A stretch of 62,371 nt of DNA, the filler included, from Stramenopiles sp. TOSAG23-6 (taxonomy: Eukaryota): assembly GCA_900128565.1 (NCBI GenBank). It is 26 parts of 26 records of this genome, joined end to end, with 100 filler letters (N's around TTAATTAATTAA, not from the genome) between each part and the next. Parts side by side here need not be neighbours in the genome. Positions count along the whole stretch, not along the records: positions 60,090 to 62,371 come from LT638158.1; 25 more parts are not named here. One strand, given 5' to 3'. The notes beneath the pieces were generated by a model, which was not told the DNA's origin, made no database searches, and worked only from the letters and a program-made list of their open reading frames with translations. The translations under genes and the position numbers were made by a program. Below are positions 61,127-62,371 of this stretch, one piece after another. Position 1 is the stretch's first letter, and every line of letters starts with the position of its first letter.

Positions 61127-62274
61127 ATGCCAATTTATGATACGAATATCAAAATAATGCCATCATTTAATTCAGGTATTGTTAATGGAAATAGTCCTCG
61201 GCGATTCACAAAATTTAAAGAGATCGATGAACGTATTTCACATAACATTGAATGGGTCAATAATTCCCTCAGTTACATCCAAAGAGTGAAATATAAACGG
61301 AAGCAGCGAGTATGGGGAGCACAACATCGATGCTCTTGTTTATTTTTCTTGACTGGTCCATTTTCATTAAGAGGTACAGTGGCTGGGCATGCATTTCCAC
61401 CGGCAGTGTTTTCATGCGTATGGTTCATTTGTTGGTATTTTATTTTGGAGGAACAAAAAGGATGGATTGAAGGACTGACTAATTTATATTCTTCTATGAT
61501 GCTTGTCATGACTGCTCTTGGATTTCTTTTAGTGCTGAGAACGCAAGATGCTTATCATCGATATTATGAAGGACGAAAATTATTAGGTTCAATTTTAAGA
61601 GCAGGGACAAATATCATGTTATTATTGGGTGTATATATTAAACAATATGAAGTTGCTGGAGGTAAAGATAGTCATTCCATGGCTGCTGATGCGTTAAATA
61701 TCTGTCGAATGATAAATGTCACATTTGGACTTATTCGTCAATCTATCCGTGAATCTCGTTCTCCTCCACCTCAGTTTGCAATTGATCATAGCCCACCTCC
61801 AAAATGTCCATGCATTCATGAAGGTAAAACAGTAATATCTGCAGGTAAAACAAAAAAAACAAAAATGTTTAAAAAAGGAAGTCGGCAATTTGCTGAAGAT
61901 CCTGTAGGAATGCCCCCGATTAAAGTGATGATGAGAGAATCTGAAATTGATTATTTAGAACCGTATTCACCAAGTTTTAGACCTGGAATTGTTATACAAG
62001 AATTAATTAATATGTATGTTTTATTATTTTTTTTTTTTAAATTTTTTAAAATTTTTTTTTCGTACGAAATTTTGTACCTAACAATTTTTATTTTTTTTTG
62101 AAATATTTTTCTACAATACATTGTGACTAAAATTTCACTGAGAGGAAAACAAAGTGAAACTGATTGTGTTATATTTAATATGAAAATTTTTGATGAAACA
62201 AAAAGTATTTTAAATGCTGCAGCTGGAATGGGAAGAATTGTAGATACACCCACTCCTTTTAGTTATCAGCATAT
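61127..62274 (+). CDS. Bestrophin-like (YneE/UPF0187-type) channel (exons 61127-62013, 62122-62274)
   Basis: LGFLLVLRTQDAYHRYYEGRKLLG and RIVDTPTPFSYQH. Confidence 0.82.
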
Positions 62275-62371
62275 GTATGTTTTTTTTTTTTTTCAACAAA
62301 AAAATCGAGTTTTTTTTTCATACGAAATTTCGTACCTAACAAATTTTTTAGAATTTTTTTGAAATATTTTT

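Larger units (their letters stand above)
1..62371. mobile_element. Dispersed introner-like repeat family (about 65 full or partial copies, typically 92-112 nt) acting as mostly non-canonical GT-AT introns
   Basis: Recurrent motif string GTAYGTTTT / AATTTCGAATTT / TTTCGTACGAAATTTTGTACCTAAC / TTTGAAATATTTTTCCAAAATACAT. It interrupts recognisable ORFs in the sense orientation, and excision restores the frame. Many scaffolds end inside a copy. Confidence 0.9.

Noticed and set aside
1986-62079. Many short F/K-rich ORFs containing '[12 protein letters not shown]', 'FFVRNFVPN' or '[10 protein letters not shown]'
   Set aside because: They are translations of the intron family in various frames, not a protein domain.
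1986-62121. Reading the introns as U12-type AT-AC introns by shifting the junctions 2 nt upstream
   Set aside because: There is no RTATCCTT donor or TCCTTAAC branch consensus. The shifted 5' dinucleotide is variable (AC, AA, CT, GC, TA). AG-ending members and the conserved Trp at 43698/43837 support the GTAYGT register.

Overview
This window is not contiguous DNA. It is 26 short scaffolds of about 2.3 kb, sorted by decreasing length and joined by artificial N44-TTAATTAATTAA-N44 linkers. They come from an AT-rich, gene-dense eukaryote using the standard code. Gene content suggests a heterotrophic protist, possibly a stramenopile (low confidence). Recognisable, mostly truncated genes include RsmE, NSUN6, RPS15, a sorting nexin, RRG7-like, FANCI, kinesin-3, eIF3j, MO25, a CNG/KCNH-type channel, methylmalonyl-CoA mutase, PEPCK, a cytosolic carboxypeptidase, MnmA, a uronate isomerase, an NRPS-like reductase, a cold-shock protein, a DRG GTPase, Mpv17, TsaD/OSGEPL1, DJ-1-like and bestrophin-like. 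The main discovery is a family of about 65 related ~95-110 nt insertions (roughly 1 per kb), essentially always in the sense orientation of the host gene. The consensus is GTAYGTTTT...TTTCGTACGAAATTTTGTACCTAAC...TTTGAAATATTTTTCMMAATACAT. Removing a copy restores the reading frame of conserved proteins, so they behave as introner-like introns, but most end in AT rather than AG (hand tally of 37 complete copies: 25 AT, 6 AG, 2 TT, 2 AA, 1 AC, 1 GT). Some also begin with AT, GA or TT. A second unusual signal is about 20 short interstitial TTAGGG tracts, many in-frame inside coding sequence (Asn-Pro repeats). There are also orphan 3' gene fragments (SF3A1 ubiquitin-like domain, HIBCH). All splice calls are inferred from frame restoration and protein conservation; there is no RNA evidence.
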